Source: Parcubacteria group bacterium (lineage in GTDB: Bacteria > Patescibacteriota > Minisyncoccia > Moranbacterales > UBA2206). Taken from it: a DNA stretch of 64,000 bases. Shown here one piece after another: positions 56,698 through 64,000 of this stretch (positions are counted from its first letter, which is position 1; the number at the start of each line of letters is the position of its first letter). The translations under genes were made by a program, and so were the position numbers. Where the stretch lies: assembly GCA_041664225.1 (NCBI GenBank), contig JBAYLE010000001.1, positions 68,939-132,938 of the forward strand. Direction: 5' to 3'. The notes beneath the pieces were generated by a model that saw only the letters and a program-made list of their open reading frames with translations, was not told the origin of the DNA and did no database searches.

Positions 56698-59031
56698 ATG
56701 TATCTGAAAAAACTTGAAATTTCCGGTTTTAAATCTTTTGCCAACAAGACTACGTTGGATTTTTCTGATTCGCAAGACGGTCATCGCGGAGTGACGGCCA
56801 TTGTCGGGCCGAATGGTTCCGGCAAATCCAATATCGCTGATTCGATGCGCTGGATCATGGGTGAGCAGTCGATGAAAAATTTGCGTGGTAAAAAATCCGA
56901 AGATATTATTTTTGCCGGTTCAGGGAAAAAAGCCAGGCTTGGCAGCGCTCAGGCGACTTTATTTTTCGATAACTCCGACAAAAAAATTCCTTTGGATTTT
57001 TCTGAAGTAACCATCACCCGAAAAATATTCCGTAGCGGAGAAAGTGATTATCTAGTCAATGGTTCGCGCGTGCGCTTGCAGGATATTGTGGATATTTTGG
57101 CCAAAGCCGGCATCGGACGTGAGTCCTATTCTATAATCAATCAGGGTATGGCGGACGCCGTCTTGAACGCCGCTCCGCTGGAACGCAGATCAATTATTGA
57201 AGAAGCGGCAGGCGTGAAGCAATATCAAATCAAAAAGGATAGGTCGCTCCGCAAGCTCGAATCGACTCGGGAAAATTTGGACAAGGTGAAAAGCTTAACG
57301 GAGGAAATAAAACCGCACTTGAGGATGCTGAAGCGGCAGGCAGAAAAGGCAGTCCAGGGTGAGGGAGTGCAAAAAGAATTGAAGGAAAAACAAACTAGGC
57401 TGTTTACATATCTCTGGAATAATTTTCAGCAGGAAAAAATAAAATTAAACGAAGCCAAGGAAGAAATGGGCAGAACAATGATGAACGTGCAGCGAGAGGT
57501 GGATAAGTTAACGGATGAAATCAACAAGGAATCAAAACAAGGCGCAGCTAACAATAAGCTGTCTGAATTGGAAGCAAAAAGAAATGAAAGCCGCGGTAAG
57601 CTAAACCAATTGGAGCGAGATTTGATTGTCACCGAAGGCAGAATTGAAATAGAAAAAGAAAAGCAGCAGAATATAAGAATGATCGAGGAAATCAAAACAG
57701 CCAATCCGCCGGCTGGCGGACTGGTGGATTTGAAATATGTGAGATCTGCGATTGATGAAATCAGGCGCGACCAGGAAATCTTGATTAAGAAAATAGAAAA
57801 TGTTGAGAGCTTGAAAGAACTGCAGGACATCAAAGAGTTAGCGCGATCCATCCAACAGCGCTTGTATGATCTAAAATCGGACATCGAAAAAGGAAAAAAA
57901 GAGGAAAAAATTGAACAAGGGACCAAAAAGGGAGAAATAATCAATAATGAAGCCGTGCTGGATCTGGTGAAAAAAACAAAAGAGATTCGAGAAGAAACTG
58001 GGAAACTAGAGAATGATCTGAAAAGAATTGAAGCGGAAATTTTGGAAGAAGTGAATTTTGACCGCCAGAGACGTCAGAGATTTTTTGAAATCGAAAGGAA
58101 TTTGCGCGCCAAGCAGGATGAGCTGGGCAAGCTCAAGGATAATTTTAATGAATCAAAAATTGCTCTGGCCAGAGTGGAGGTACGCGAAGAGGATTTGCGG
58201 GCCGAAGTTTCACAGGATTTAAAAATCAATCCGGAAGAATTGAAATTACAAACAGAAGAAGTTAACAAGGAATCGCTGGAAAAAGAAATTGCGCGTCTCA
58301 AAGTGCAGATGGAGCAGATTGGCGGCATTGATCCAATGGTGGTTTCCGAGTATGAGGAAACAAACAAGCGTTTCGATTTTCTGTCAAAAGAATCTGAAGA
58401 CTTGGAAAACGCCATTGTTTCCTTGAAAGAAGTTATTAAGGAAATGGATCAGAAGATAAATGAAGTTTTTGCGACGACATTTTCTGAAATTGACAAAGAA
58501 TTTACCAAATATTTCCGGATTATTTTTGGCGGCGGCAATGCCAGCCTTAAAAAAGTTGAAGTGAAAAAACGAAGCTATAAAAGCAAAGAAGAAGAATTGG
58601 AAGCGATCGGCGAACCGGGGGAAATGGAGATTGAAAATAATATTGAAGGAGAGAAAGAAAAAACAGAAACGGGCATTGATATTTTTGCTTCGCCTCCAGG
58701 CAAAAAAATCAGCCATCTGTCGATGCTTTCCGGCGGCGAAAGGTCGCTTACTTCTTTGGCGCTTTTATTCGCGATCATTTCTCATAATCCGCCGCCTTTT
58801 GCGGTTTTGGATGAAGTGGAAGCGGCCCTAGATGAAGCTAACTCAAAAAGATTCGGCAGGATTATTCAAGAGCTTTCCGACAATACGCAATTTATTATCA
58901 TTACGCACAACCGTGAAACAATGCGTCAAGCGTCAACGATGTATGGCGTAACGATGGGAGAAGACGGAATTTCCAAACTGCTGTCAGTCCGTCTGGACCA
59001 AGTTGGGCAGGGAGGAAAGATTTCGCAGTAA
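56698..59031 (+). CDS. smc: Short SMC-like chromosome segregation ATPase (777 aa, no recognisable hinge domain)
   Basis: N-terminal GPNGSGKSNIADSMRWIMG Walker A; C-terminal LSGGERSLTSLALLFAI signature and D-loop; coiled-coil midpoint is NPPAGG at ~aa 337. Confidence 0.8.
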   Translation: MYLKKLEISGFKSFANKTTLDFSDSQDGHRGVTAIVGPNGSGKSNIADSMRWIMGEQSMKNLRGKKSEDIIFAGSGKKARLGSAQATLFFDNSDKKIPLDFSEVTITRKIFRSGESDYLVNGSRVRLQDIVDILAKAGIGRESYSIINQGMADAVLNAAPLERRSIIEEAAGVKQYQIKKDRSLRKLESTRENLDKVKSLTEEIKPHLRMLKRQAEKAVQGEGVQKELKEKQTRLFTYLWNNFQQEKIKLNEAKEEMGRTMMNVQREVDKLTDEINKESKQGAANNKLSELEAKRNESRGKLNQLERDLIVTEGRIEIEKEKQQNIRMIEEIKTANPPAGGLVDLKYVRSAIDEIRRDQEILIKKIENVESLKELQDIKELARSIQQRLYDLKSDIEKGKKEEKIEQGTKKGEIINNEAVLDLVKKTKEIREETGKLENDLKRIEAEILEEVNFDRQRRQRFFEIERNLRAKQDELGKLKDNFNESKIALARVEVREEDLRAEVSQDLKINPEELKLQTEEVNKESLEKEIARLKVQMEQIGGIDPMVVSEYEETNKRFDFLSKESEDLENAIVSLKEVIKEMDQKINEVFATTFSEIDKEFTKYFRIIFGGGNASLKKVEVKKRSYKSKEEELEAIGEPGEMEIENNIEGEKEKTETGIDIFASPPGKKISHLSMLSGGERSLTSLALLFAIISHNPPPFAVLDEVEAALDEANSKRFGRIIQELSDNTQFIIITHNRETMRQASTMYGVTMGEDGISKLLSVRLDQVGQGGKISQ
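57705..57720. repeat. TCCGCCGGCTGGCGGA palindrome inside smc, in frame as N-P-P-A-G-G
   Basis: 15/16 identical to copies at 28779 and 63446. Confidence 0.6.
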
Positions 59032-59061
59032 AGCTTTAGTGCAAATATCGGCAAGATACAA

Positions 59062-59366
59062 TTATTTTTTTCTTAACTTTTTGTGCTCCTTGTAAACACT
59101 GTCAATTATCGCGCGAAAAATTTTGCTGATCATTTCTTTTTCCAGAGAATATTTTTTCGCTAGCGCGACTCTTCGTACAAACATTTCTTTCTCTCTTTTT
59201 AAATCTTTTATGGGAAGATTATTTTTTGCTTTGTATTGCCCTACTTTTTTCGTGACTGAAAAACGTTTTGACAAGATATCCAGCAATTTCTTATCGAGAC
59301 TATCGATTTCATCGCGGTATTTTAACAGATCTGTTTTTTTTGTTGACATATTTGTGTTGTTCATTA
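59062..59366 (-). CDS. Chorismate mutase (AroQ class, monofunctional)
   Basis: C-terminal ~95 aa of ORF 59062-59550 matches AroQ (LLKYRDEIDSLDKKLLDILSKRF...); start placed at internal Met. Confidence 0.7.
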
Positions 59367-59402
59367 TAATAATTATTAAAAGGCCTAAGGAGGTGTATAG
59401 TA

Positions 59403-59569
59403 TGAGCAGAAAGACTTTTTTTAAGCTGAAAGAGAAGCTCGACAGCAAATTTGAAGGCAGAGAGCATATTTCAAAGAAGGAAGTTGAGGATTTCTGTGGA
59501 AGCTGTCCTGAGCTCGATACTTCTGAAAAAAGAAAGCTTTTTGTCGACAACTTGGCCCTTTATGAGTAG
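59403..59569 (+). CDS. Possible small protein (55 aa, CxxC) with strong AAGGAGG RBS, divergent from chorismate mutase
   Basis: RBS 8 nt upstream of ATG; no homology recognised. Confidence 0.3.
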
Positions 59570-59626
59570 TAGATTTTTCTCCCAACGTGGGCACCCTTCT
59601 TTCCGGATGATTGAAGGGCTGTTTTT

Positions 59627-61345
59627 TTATGCCGCCCCAAAAACTCTCACGATTGAACAAAATTGCTTGGCTCCCTTCAGAGCCTCTTTTATTTTTTTAT
59701 CTTTCGGCAATCCTTCCAGCTCAATGAAAAAATAGTAATCCCAACCTTCAGCCTCAGAGGTCTTGGAATGAAGTTTAGTGAGATTCAGCTTTCGGCTGGA
59801 AAATTCATTCAAAATATCGCGGAGCACGCCGGGACGGTCATAAACCGCCAGAATCACGAGAGTTCTCGAGGCTTTTAATGCCTTGTTCATTTCCGGAGAT
59901 TCCTTTTTGGCAATAACATAAAATTGAGTGGTGTTGGTTTTTTTATCCTCGATATTTTCGGCGATGATTCTGAGGCCGTATTGCTTGGCCGCTTGTCGGC
60001 TGGTTACAAAAGCCACTTGCGGATCTTTGGTTGAAAGAATGGCTCCGGTTGAACTTTGCTCCATTTCAATTTTTATCCCAGGGAAATGCTGGCTGAGCCA
60101 GTTTCGCGATTGGGCGATTGGTTGGGGATGAGACTTGATAATTTTAATATCTTGGAGATTGCCAGTCCTGGCTAAAAGAAAAAGGTGGATGGGCAACTTA
60201 TAGGAACCGACCACTCGCAGGGGAAAGCGGATCAAATTATCCAAAGTTTCCTGGACTATGCCTTCGGTCGAATTTTCCGCTGGCACTACGCCAAAAATTG
60301 CTTTTTCATTGATTACCTCCTCAAAAACGCGAGAAATTGTCGGGGCGGGCGCGAGGAAAAATTTTTCAGGGAAAATATTACGGGTGGCTTCGTGGGAAAA
60401 TGTGCCTTCTGGGCCGAGGAAGGCTACTTTGCCGGCAAGATTCTTCAATTTAATCGTGCCAAGACTTCTTTTCATTTCAACCGGCTGGCGGTCCATAAGA
60501 GAAATTATTTCCACTGCCTTGGCTTGCGCGATCGGGATGAAGTGTTTCATAAAGTTTGACGATTCTTCGAAATCTCGTATAAAAGACCGCTTGTCTTTTT
60601 TTAAAACGTATGAGGCAAACTTAGAAACTTCTTTTTCAAAATCTTTGACGACTTTGGAAAAATTTTCATTTTCCAGCTCGATATCGGAATAAAGATCAGC
60701 GCTTCCGCCCAAGACACGCCCCGCCAAGATACTTTGCAGCCTAAATACTGGAGTGGTATAAGCGTTTTGTATTTCGAAGTTCTGTTTCTGGATGACGCGG
60801 GCATAAATAATATTAATGAAATGAGTGAGTGCTTGAGTCACAGCCATCTGTCGATCATGATTTTTGTGATCCGTGTTTATGATTTCAGCTCCGTTTTTTT
60901 CAAATAAATCTTGGAGATATTTTGTCCAGTGGTTGTCGCGTCCCGAGCAGAAGACTACGCTTTGCTTGTTAATACTTGGCACGAGTGGTCCAAAGAGGGG
61001 ATGGATTCCTGTTACTCCGCACTTGCTTTTTGTTTTCATCATTTCTTTCATAGGCATTGCTTTGACCGAAGTCAGGTCGCAAAGCAGGGCGTCGTTTTTT
61101 ACTTGGTCCCTGATTTCTTTGATGATTTGGGCGGTTGCTGTTATCGGAACACTTACCACAACAATATCGGCCCTTTTCGCCAGTTCATTAGGGGTGAGTT
61201 TTGTTTTCCTGCCGGCGACCAAAACCTCTAGCCCCTGTCCTTCGAAGAAATTTCGAAACCAGCCGCCAAATCTGCCGGTGCCGCCGATAATTCCGATTAC
61301 TGGATTTTTTGATGCATTATTTGACATAAGCGAGCCATTTGTCAT
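59627..61345 (-). CDS. Bifunctional prephenate dehydrogenase (TyrA) / prephenate dehydratase (PheA) fusion with C-terminal ACT domain
   Basis: N-terminus IGIIGGTGRFG Rossmann TyrA-like; C-half AFLGPEGTFSHEA PheA signature + ACT-like tail. Confidence 0.8.
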   Translation of the reverse strand: MTNGSLMSNNASKNPVIGIIGGTGRFGGWFRNFFEGQGLEVLVAGRKTKLTPNELAKRADIVVVSVPITATAQIIKEIRDQVKNDALLCDLTSVKAMPMKEMMKTKSKCGVTGIHPLFGPLVPSINKQSVVFCSGRDNHWTKYLQDLFEKNGAEIINTDHKNHDRQMAVTQALTHFINIIYARVIQKQNFEIQNAYTTPVFRLQSILAGRVLGGSADLYSDIELENENFSKVVKDFEKEVSKFASYVLKKDKRSFIRDFEESSNFMKHFIPIAQAKAVEIISLMDRQPVEMKRSLGTIKLKNLAGKVAFLGPEGTFSHEATRNIFPEKFFLAPAPTISRVFEEVINEKAIFGVVPAENSTEGIVQETLDNLIRFPLRVVGSYKLPIHLFLLARTGNLQDIKIIKSHPQPIAQSRNWLSQHFPGIKIEMEQSSTGAILSTKDPQVAFVTSRQAAKQYGLRIIAENIEDKKTNTTQFYVIAKKESPEMNKALKASRTLVILAVYDRPGVLRDILNEFSSRKLNLTKLHSKTSEAEGWDYYFFIELEGLPKDKKIKEALKGAKQFCSIVRVFGAA

Positions 61346-62213
61346 ATTTTCCTATTTTTCCGCGGACAGCGTCATCGTATATGCTCTGAATCACAGAGGC
61401 CACTTCCGGTTTCTTTTTGAAAATACATTTGTCGATTCGTCCTATCGTTGAAATTTCTGCTGCCGTTCCGACGAAAAAAGCTTCGTCGAAATTTTTAATT
61501 TCACCAGCCTTGATTTTCTTTTCGATAATTTTATATCCCAAATCCCTTGCGATTTTTATAACGCTATCCCGGGTGATGCCGGGGAGGATCGTTCCTTTTC
61601 CGGGGGTAAAGATATCATTGCCTTTTACGAAAAAAATATTTTCTCCCGGCCCTTCGGCGATGCTACCTTCATAATCAAGGAGGAGAGCTTCATCGGCAGC
61701 AGACTTGCTCGCCTCAAGAGAAGCGATAATTGAGTTGGCGTAGTGTCCGGAAATCTTAGCTGTCATTTCGGAAGATTTCGGATGAATGCGGATGTATTTG
61801 GAAATATGAACGCGCACACTATCGTGGCCAAGATATTTTCCCCAAGGCCAAGCCGCGATAGCAAAATAAAGGGGAGCGCCAATCGGGGAGAGCCCCATTT
61901 TTTCACCGTAAAAAATAATTGGCCGGACGTAGCATTCTTTCAGCTTATTTTTTTTAATTAAATCTCCAACTGTCTTGATGATAGTTTTTTGGGAGTACGG
62001 AATTTTCATTCCCATCACTTTGGCTGAATGAAACAGCCGGTCCACATGTTCTTTTAAGCGAAACACGGCCGGTCCTTTGGGGGTGTCGTAGCAGCGGACA
62101 CCTTCAAAAACAGCGCTTCCATAGTGCAGGCTGTGGTTCAAAAGATGGATTTTGGCTTTGGCAAAGGGAATGAATTTTCCATTGAGCCAGATGTATTGTG
62201 CTTGATTTTTCAT
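61317..62213 (-). CDS. ilvE: Class IV (branched-chain/D-amino-acid type) aminotransferase
   Basis: PLP fold-type IV motifs; start set at Met (MKNQAQYIW) so the gene does not run through tRNA-Glu. Confidence 0.85.
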   Translation of the reverse strand: MKNQAQYIWLNGKFIPFAKAKIHLLNHSLHYGSAVFEGVRCYDTPKGPAVFRLKEHVDRLFHSAKVMGMKIPYSQKTIIKTVGDLIKKNKLKECYVRPIIFYGEKMGLSPIGAPLYFAIAAWPWGKYLGHDSVRVHISKYIRIHPKSSEMTAKISGHYANSIIASLEASKSAADEALLLDYEGSIAEGPGENIFFVKGNDIFTPGKGTILPGITRDSVIKIARDLGYKIIEKKIKAGEIKNFDEAFFVGTAAEISTIGRIDKCIFKKKPEVASVIQSIYDDAVRGKIGKYDKWLAYVK

Positions 62214-62236
62214 AAAGGTAGATTTTAAAATTCTAG

Positions 62237-62310
62237 TACCGCCAACGGGAGTCGAACCCGTGATCTTCAGAATGAGAATCTGATGTCCTGGACCACTAGA
62301 CGATGGCGGC
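62237..62310 (-). tRNA. tRNA-Glu (anticodon CTC)
   Basis: Reverse complement folds as tRNA-Glu-like (TCGTCTAGTGGTCCAGGA D-arm); anticodon loop TTCTCAT. Confidence 0.75.
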
Positions 62311-62445
62311 TCAATAAATATAACTTTAACAGGGTTGTTATATTTTTTCAAGCCAAAAAGAAAAACCTACCAGTGTGAGATTCCGATTTCATATGAGCAT
62401 ATGATTTGGAAATAGAACCCGATAAATTGGATTCAACTGATAAGT

Positions 62446-62634
62446 TTAATTTGGCATAGCGCATGTCGGGCCCGAAAAATACTGTCTTAAAAATAATTCA
62501 GCATCCATGTATTTTTGGGCAGTATCGCTGTCTATCGTACAAGATACGATAGCCTGGGTGGTAGCTAACATGCCACCATTTTTATTTTCGACAGAATGTA
62601 AAAAGCGTATTGCTTCTCTGGGATTTGTAAACAT
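62446..62634 (-). CDS. Hypothetical small protein (62 aa) with strong RBS
   Basis: AAAAAGGAGG 8 nt upstream of ATG on minus strand. Confidence 0.5.
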   Translation of the reverse strand: MFTNPREAIRFLHSVENKNGGMLATTQAIVSCTIDSDTAQKYMDAELFLRQYFSGPTCAMPN

Positions 62635-63077
62635 GGCGGTTAGCCTCCTTTTTTAAGCGATAATTATATCGCCTAGATTTTGCTAAAGAACTTCTTAAAT
62701 AAACGAAGACAATCTCCATTAAGAAACTGTCTTCGTTTGTCAAAGCAACTAACTTTAACTTCTTTTTCTATTCGGTTTTATTTTTGTTTTCGCCCCCTCC
62801 CAATCAACAAAAATATTCCATTCACCTTATGTTTTTATTACACTCCTTTTTTGGTTCTTTGTAAACGGGCTGTGGATAACTCGAAAATAAATGCTTAATA
62901 TAAGCCAAAAATGCGATTTATAAATACTTACAATTTTCATGAACATTATACTACACTGGATATTCCAAAATATTGCAAATTGGCCAAAGTCGCATATTGA
63001 CAGATTTTGGCGTGTAGTATAAACTATATTAGTAACAATAAACCGTAAAGACTAAGGAATTTATCCTTTTTAATTTT

Positions 63078-63500
63078 ATGCTAACTATAAGATTTGCTAG
63101 AACTGGAAAAAGAAACAGAGCTCAATTTCAAATAGTGCTTCAAGAGCAGGCTATCGCTCCGGGAGGCCGTCACGTGGAGGTTTTGGGCAGTTATGATCCA
63201 CATTCCAAAAAAACAGTACTCAAAGAAGAAAAAATAAAATACTGGCTAGGGCAAGGTGCGCAGCCCTCTGATTCTGCTTTTAATCTTTTGCTGGCCAAGG
63301 GTCTTGTAACTGGCGAAAAAAGAAAAGTAAAAATGCCGGCAAAGAAAGTCGCAGAGGCGCCCGCCGAAGCAGTTGTACCAGTTGAAGCTAAGACAGAAGA
63401 AGCGTCTGCGGTTGAAGCTGTAGAAGTATCCAAAGAAGAAGTGAATCCGCCAGCTGGCGGAGAAGAGGTTGCTCCTGTGGAAGAACCAAAGGCTGAATAA
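63078..63500 (+). CDS. rpsP: 30S ribosomal protein S16 with Ala/Glu/Val-rich C-terminal extension
   Basis: MLTIRFARTGKRNRAQFQIV S16 N-terminus; ~55 aa acidic tail. Confidence 0.93.
   Translation: MLTIRFARTGKRNRAQFQIVLQEQAIAPGGRHVEVLGSYDPHSKKTVLKEEKIKYWLGQGAQPSDSAFNLLLAKGLVTGEKRKVKMPAKKVAEAPAEAVVPVEAKTEEASAVEAVEVSKEEVNPPAGGEEVAPVEEPKAE
63446..63461. repeat. TCCGCCAGCTGGCGGA perfect palindrome inside the rpsP tail, in frame as N-P-P-A-G-G
   Basis: Identical 16-mer to the rplA terminator core. Confidence 0.6.
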
Positions 63501-63621
63501 TTGACAATCTTAGGATTTAGATATAAACTAAGCATTACAAGTAAATATCCGCAGACAATAGGCATTTAAGTCCTATCTAGGAAATAAATCGTTGCGATCT
63601 GTCGTTTCGTTTTAAATTGTG

Positions 63622-63646
63622 TTCTGCGGTGATACGCAGTTTTTTA
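63622..63646 (+). terminator. Hairpin CTGCG-GTGATA-CGCAG + T-run (terminator/attenuator in the rplJ leader)
   Basis: gttctgcggtgatacgcagtttttt. Confidence 0.6.
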
Positions 63647-63660
63647 TTTAATAAAAATAT

Positions 63661-64000
63661 ATGCAGACTAAACTACAAAAAGAAGAAATCGTAAAAGATT
63701 TAACCAAAAAACTTAAAGCTTCCAAGGCGGTTGTTTTTTCCGACTATAAGGGTCTTCGGGTGAAAGACATGACCGTGCTTCGTAGGGAATTGCGAGAGGC
63801 TGGCATCGATATCAAGGTGCTGAAGAAAACCCTGATTGACTTGGCACTGAAAGATGCCGGCATCGAAGTGGACATAAAAAAACTTGAGGGTCAAATTGCA
63901 ATTGCAATTTCGAGCGGGGATGAGGTGGCGGCAGCTAAAATAATCGCGAAAGCCGCAAAGGCGAATGAAAATCTGAAGATTGTTGGTGGAATTTTGGGAG
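63661..64000 (+). CDS. rplJ: 50S ribosomal protein L10, N-terminal part (partial at window end)
   Basis: MQTKLQKEEIVKDLTKKLKASKAVVFSDYKGLRVKDMTVLRREL... L10 N-terminus; ORF continues beyond window. Confidence 0.85.
   Translation, partial: MQTKLQKEEIVKDLTKKLKASKAVVFSDYKGLRVKDMTVLRRELREAGIDIKVLKKTLIDLALKDAGIEVDIKKLEGQIAIAISSGDEVAAAKIIAKAAKANENLKIVGGILG

Noticed and set aside
59123-59402. 5' portion of the 148-aa plus-strand ORF
   Set aside because: Antisense to the chorismate mutase domain; only the 3' 55 codons, which have a real RBS, were kept as a low-confidence gene.
62214-62351. N-terminal 46 codons of the ilvE ORF
   Set aside because: Would translate through tRNA-Glu on the same strand; an internal Met aligns with the aminotransferase N-terminus.
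62680-62898. 72-aa plus-strand ORF in the rpsP upstream region
   Set aside because: No RBS, hydrophobic low-complexity translation; lies in a promoter/leader region.
1-64000. Alternative genetic code (UGA recoding, as in some CPR lineages)
   Set aside because: TGA is used as a stop (e.g. 14074-14076) and conserved genes are intact with standard stops; no in-frame TGA was needed for any homologue.
1-64000. CRISPR arrays, transposases, integrases, prophage genes
   Set aside because: No direct-repeat/spacer arrays and no recombinase-like ORFs were found. The hydrogenase island has no flanking mobility genes; only compositional bias and gene context suggest acquisition.

Overview
This 64 kb window is a gene-dense, low-GC bacterial chromosome segment with overlapping genes, Lys/Glu-rich tails on ribosomal proteins, no rpmD (L30) between rpsE and rplO, and no infA-rpmJ-rpsM-rpsK-rpsD-rpoA-rplQ after map, all consistent with a Patescibacteria/CPR-like lineage (inference). 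Content in order: (1) the S10-spc ribosomal superoperon from the rplC 3' end through secY-adk-map, then ruvX, a GT2 glycosyltransferase, a GalT-family HIT protein and a small membrane protein. (2) tpiA and fba, then a GC-richer island inserted before gap, containing hypC-hypD-hypE, a HypF-like gene (Kae1-like domain only, minus strand), a Cys-rich small protein with its own promoter and terminator, a two-subunit [NiFe]-hydrogenase, desulfoferrodoxin and a HypA-like protein. (3) A D-aminoacylase-family amidohydrolase and murD. (4) A tRNA-Ala-derived mini element, tRNA-Ala, tRNA-Ile, then secE-nusG-rplK-rplA. (5) A thymidylate-cycle island: T4-gp1-like dNMP kinase, glyA, a second P-loop kinase, a cytidylyltransferase-like protein, dCMP deaminase with an N-terminal extra domain, two HIT proteins, an insert-bearing thyA, folA and a MazG-like gene. 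(6) gatB, two small hypothetical genes, miaA-miaB-thrS (minus), DUF378, hup, a transglutaminase-like membrane protein, a PolB-exo-like 3'-5' exonuclease, a small strongly expressed hypothetical gene, dnaE (minus) and rnhB. (7) Four secreted surface proteins in which two lyase-like proteins end in an orphan FN3 A-strand motif and two start with FN3 domains lacking that strand. (8) rpmF-nusB-rnc and a short hinge-less SMC. (9) An aromatic amino-acid module (chorismate mutase, TyrA-PheA fusion, class IV aminotransferase; all minus), tRNA-Glu, rpsP and the rplJ 5' end. The most unusual signals are the split-FN3 strand-donor arrangement in the surface cluster; a recurring GC-rich palindrome TCCGCC-N3-5-GGCGGA found in terminators, inside a tRNA-derived element and in-frame as N-P-P-A-G-G in smc and rpsP; and a minimal hydrogenase/superoxide-reductase island with truncated maturation factors.
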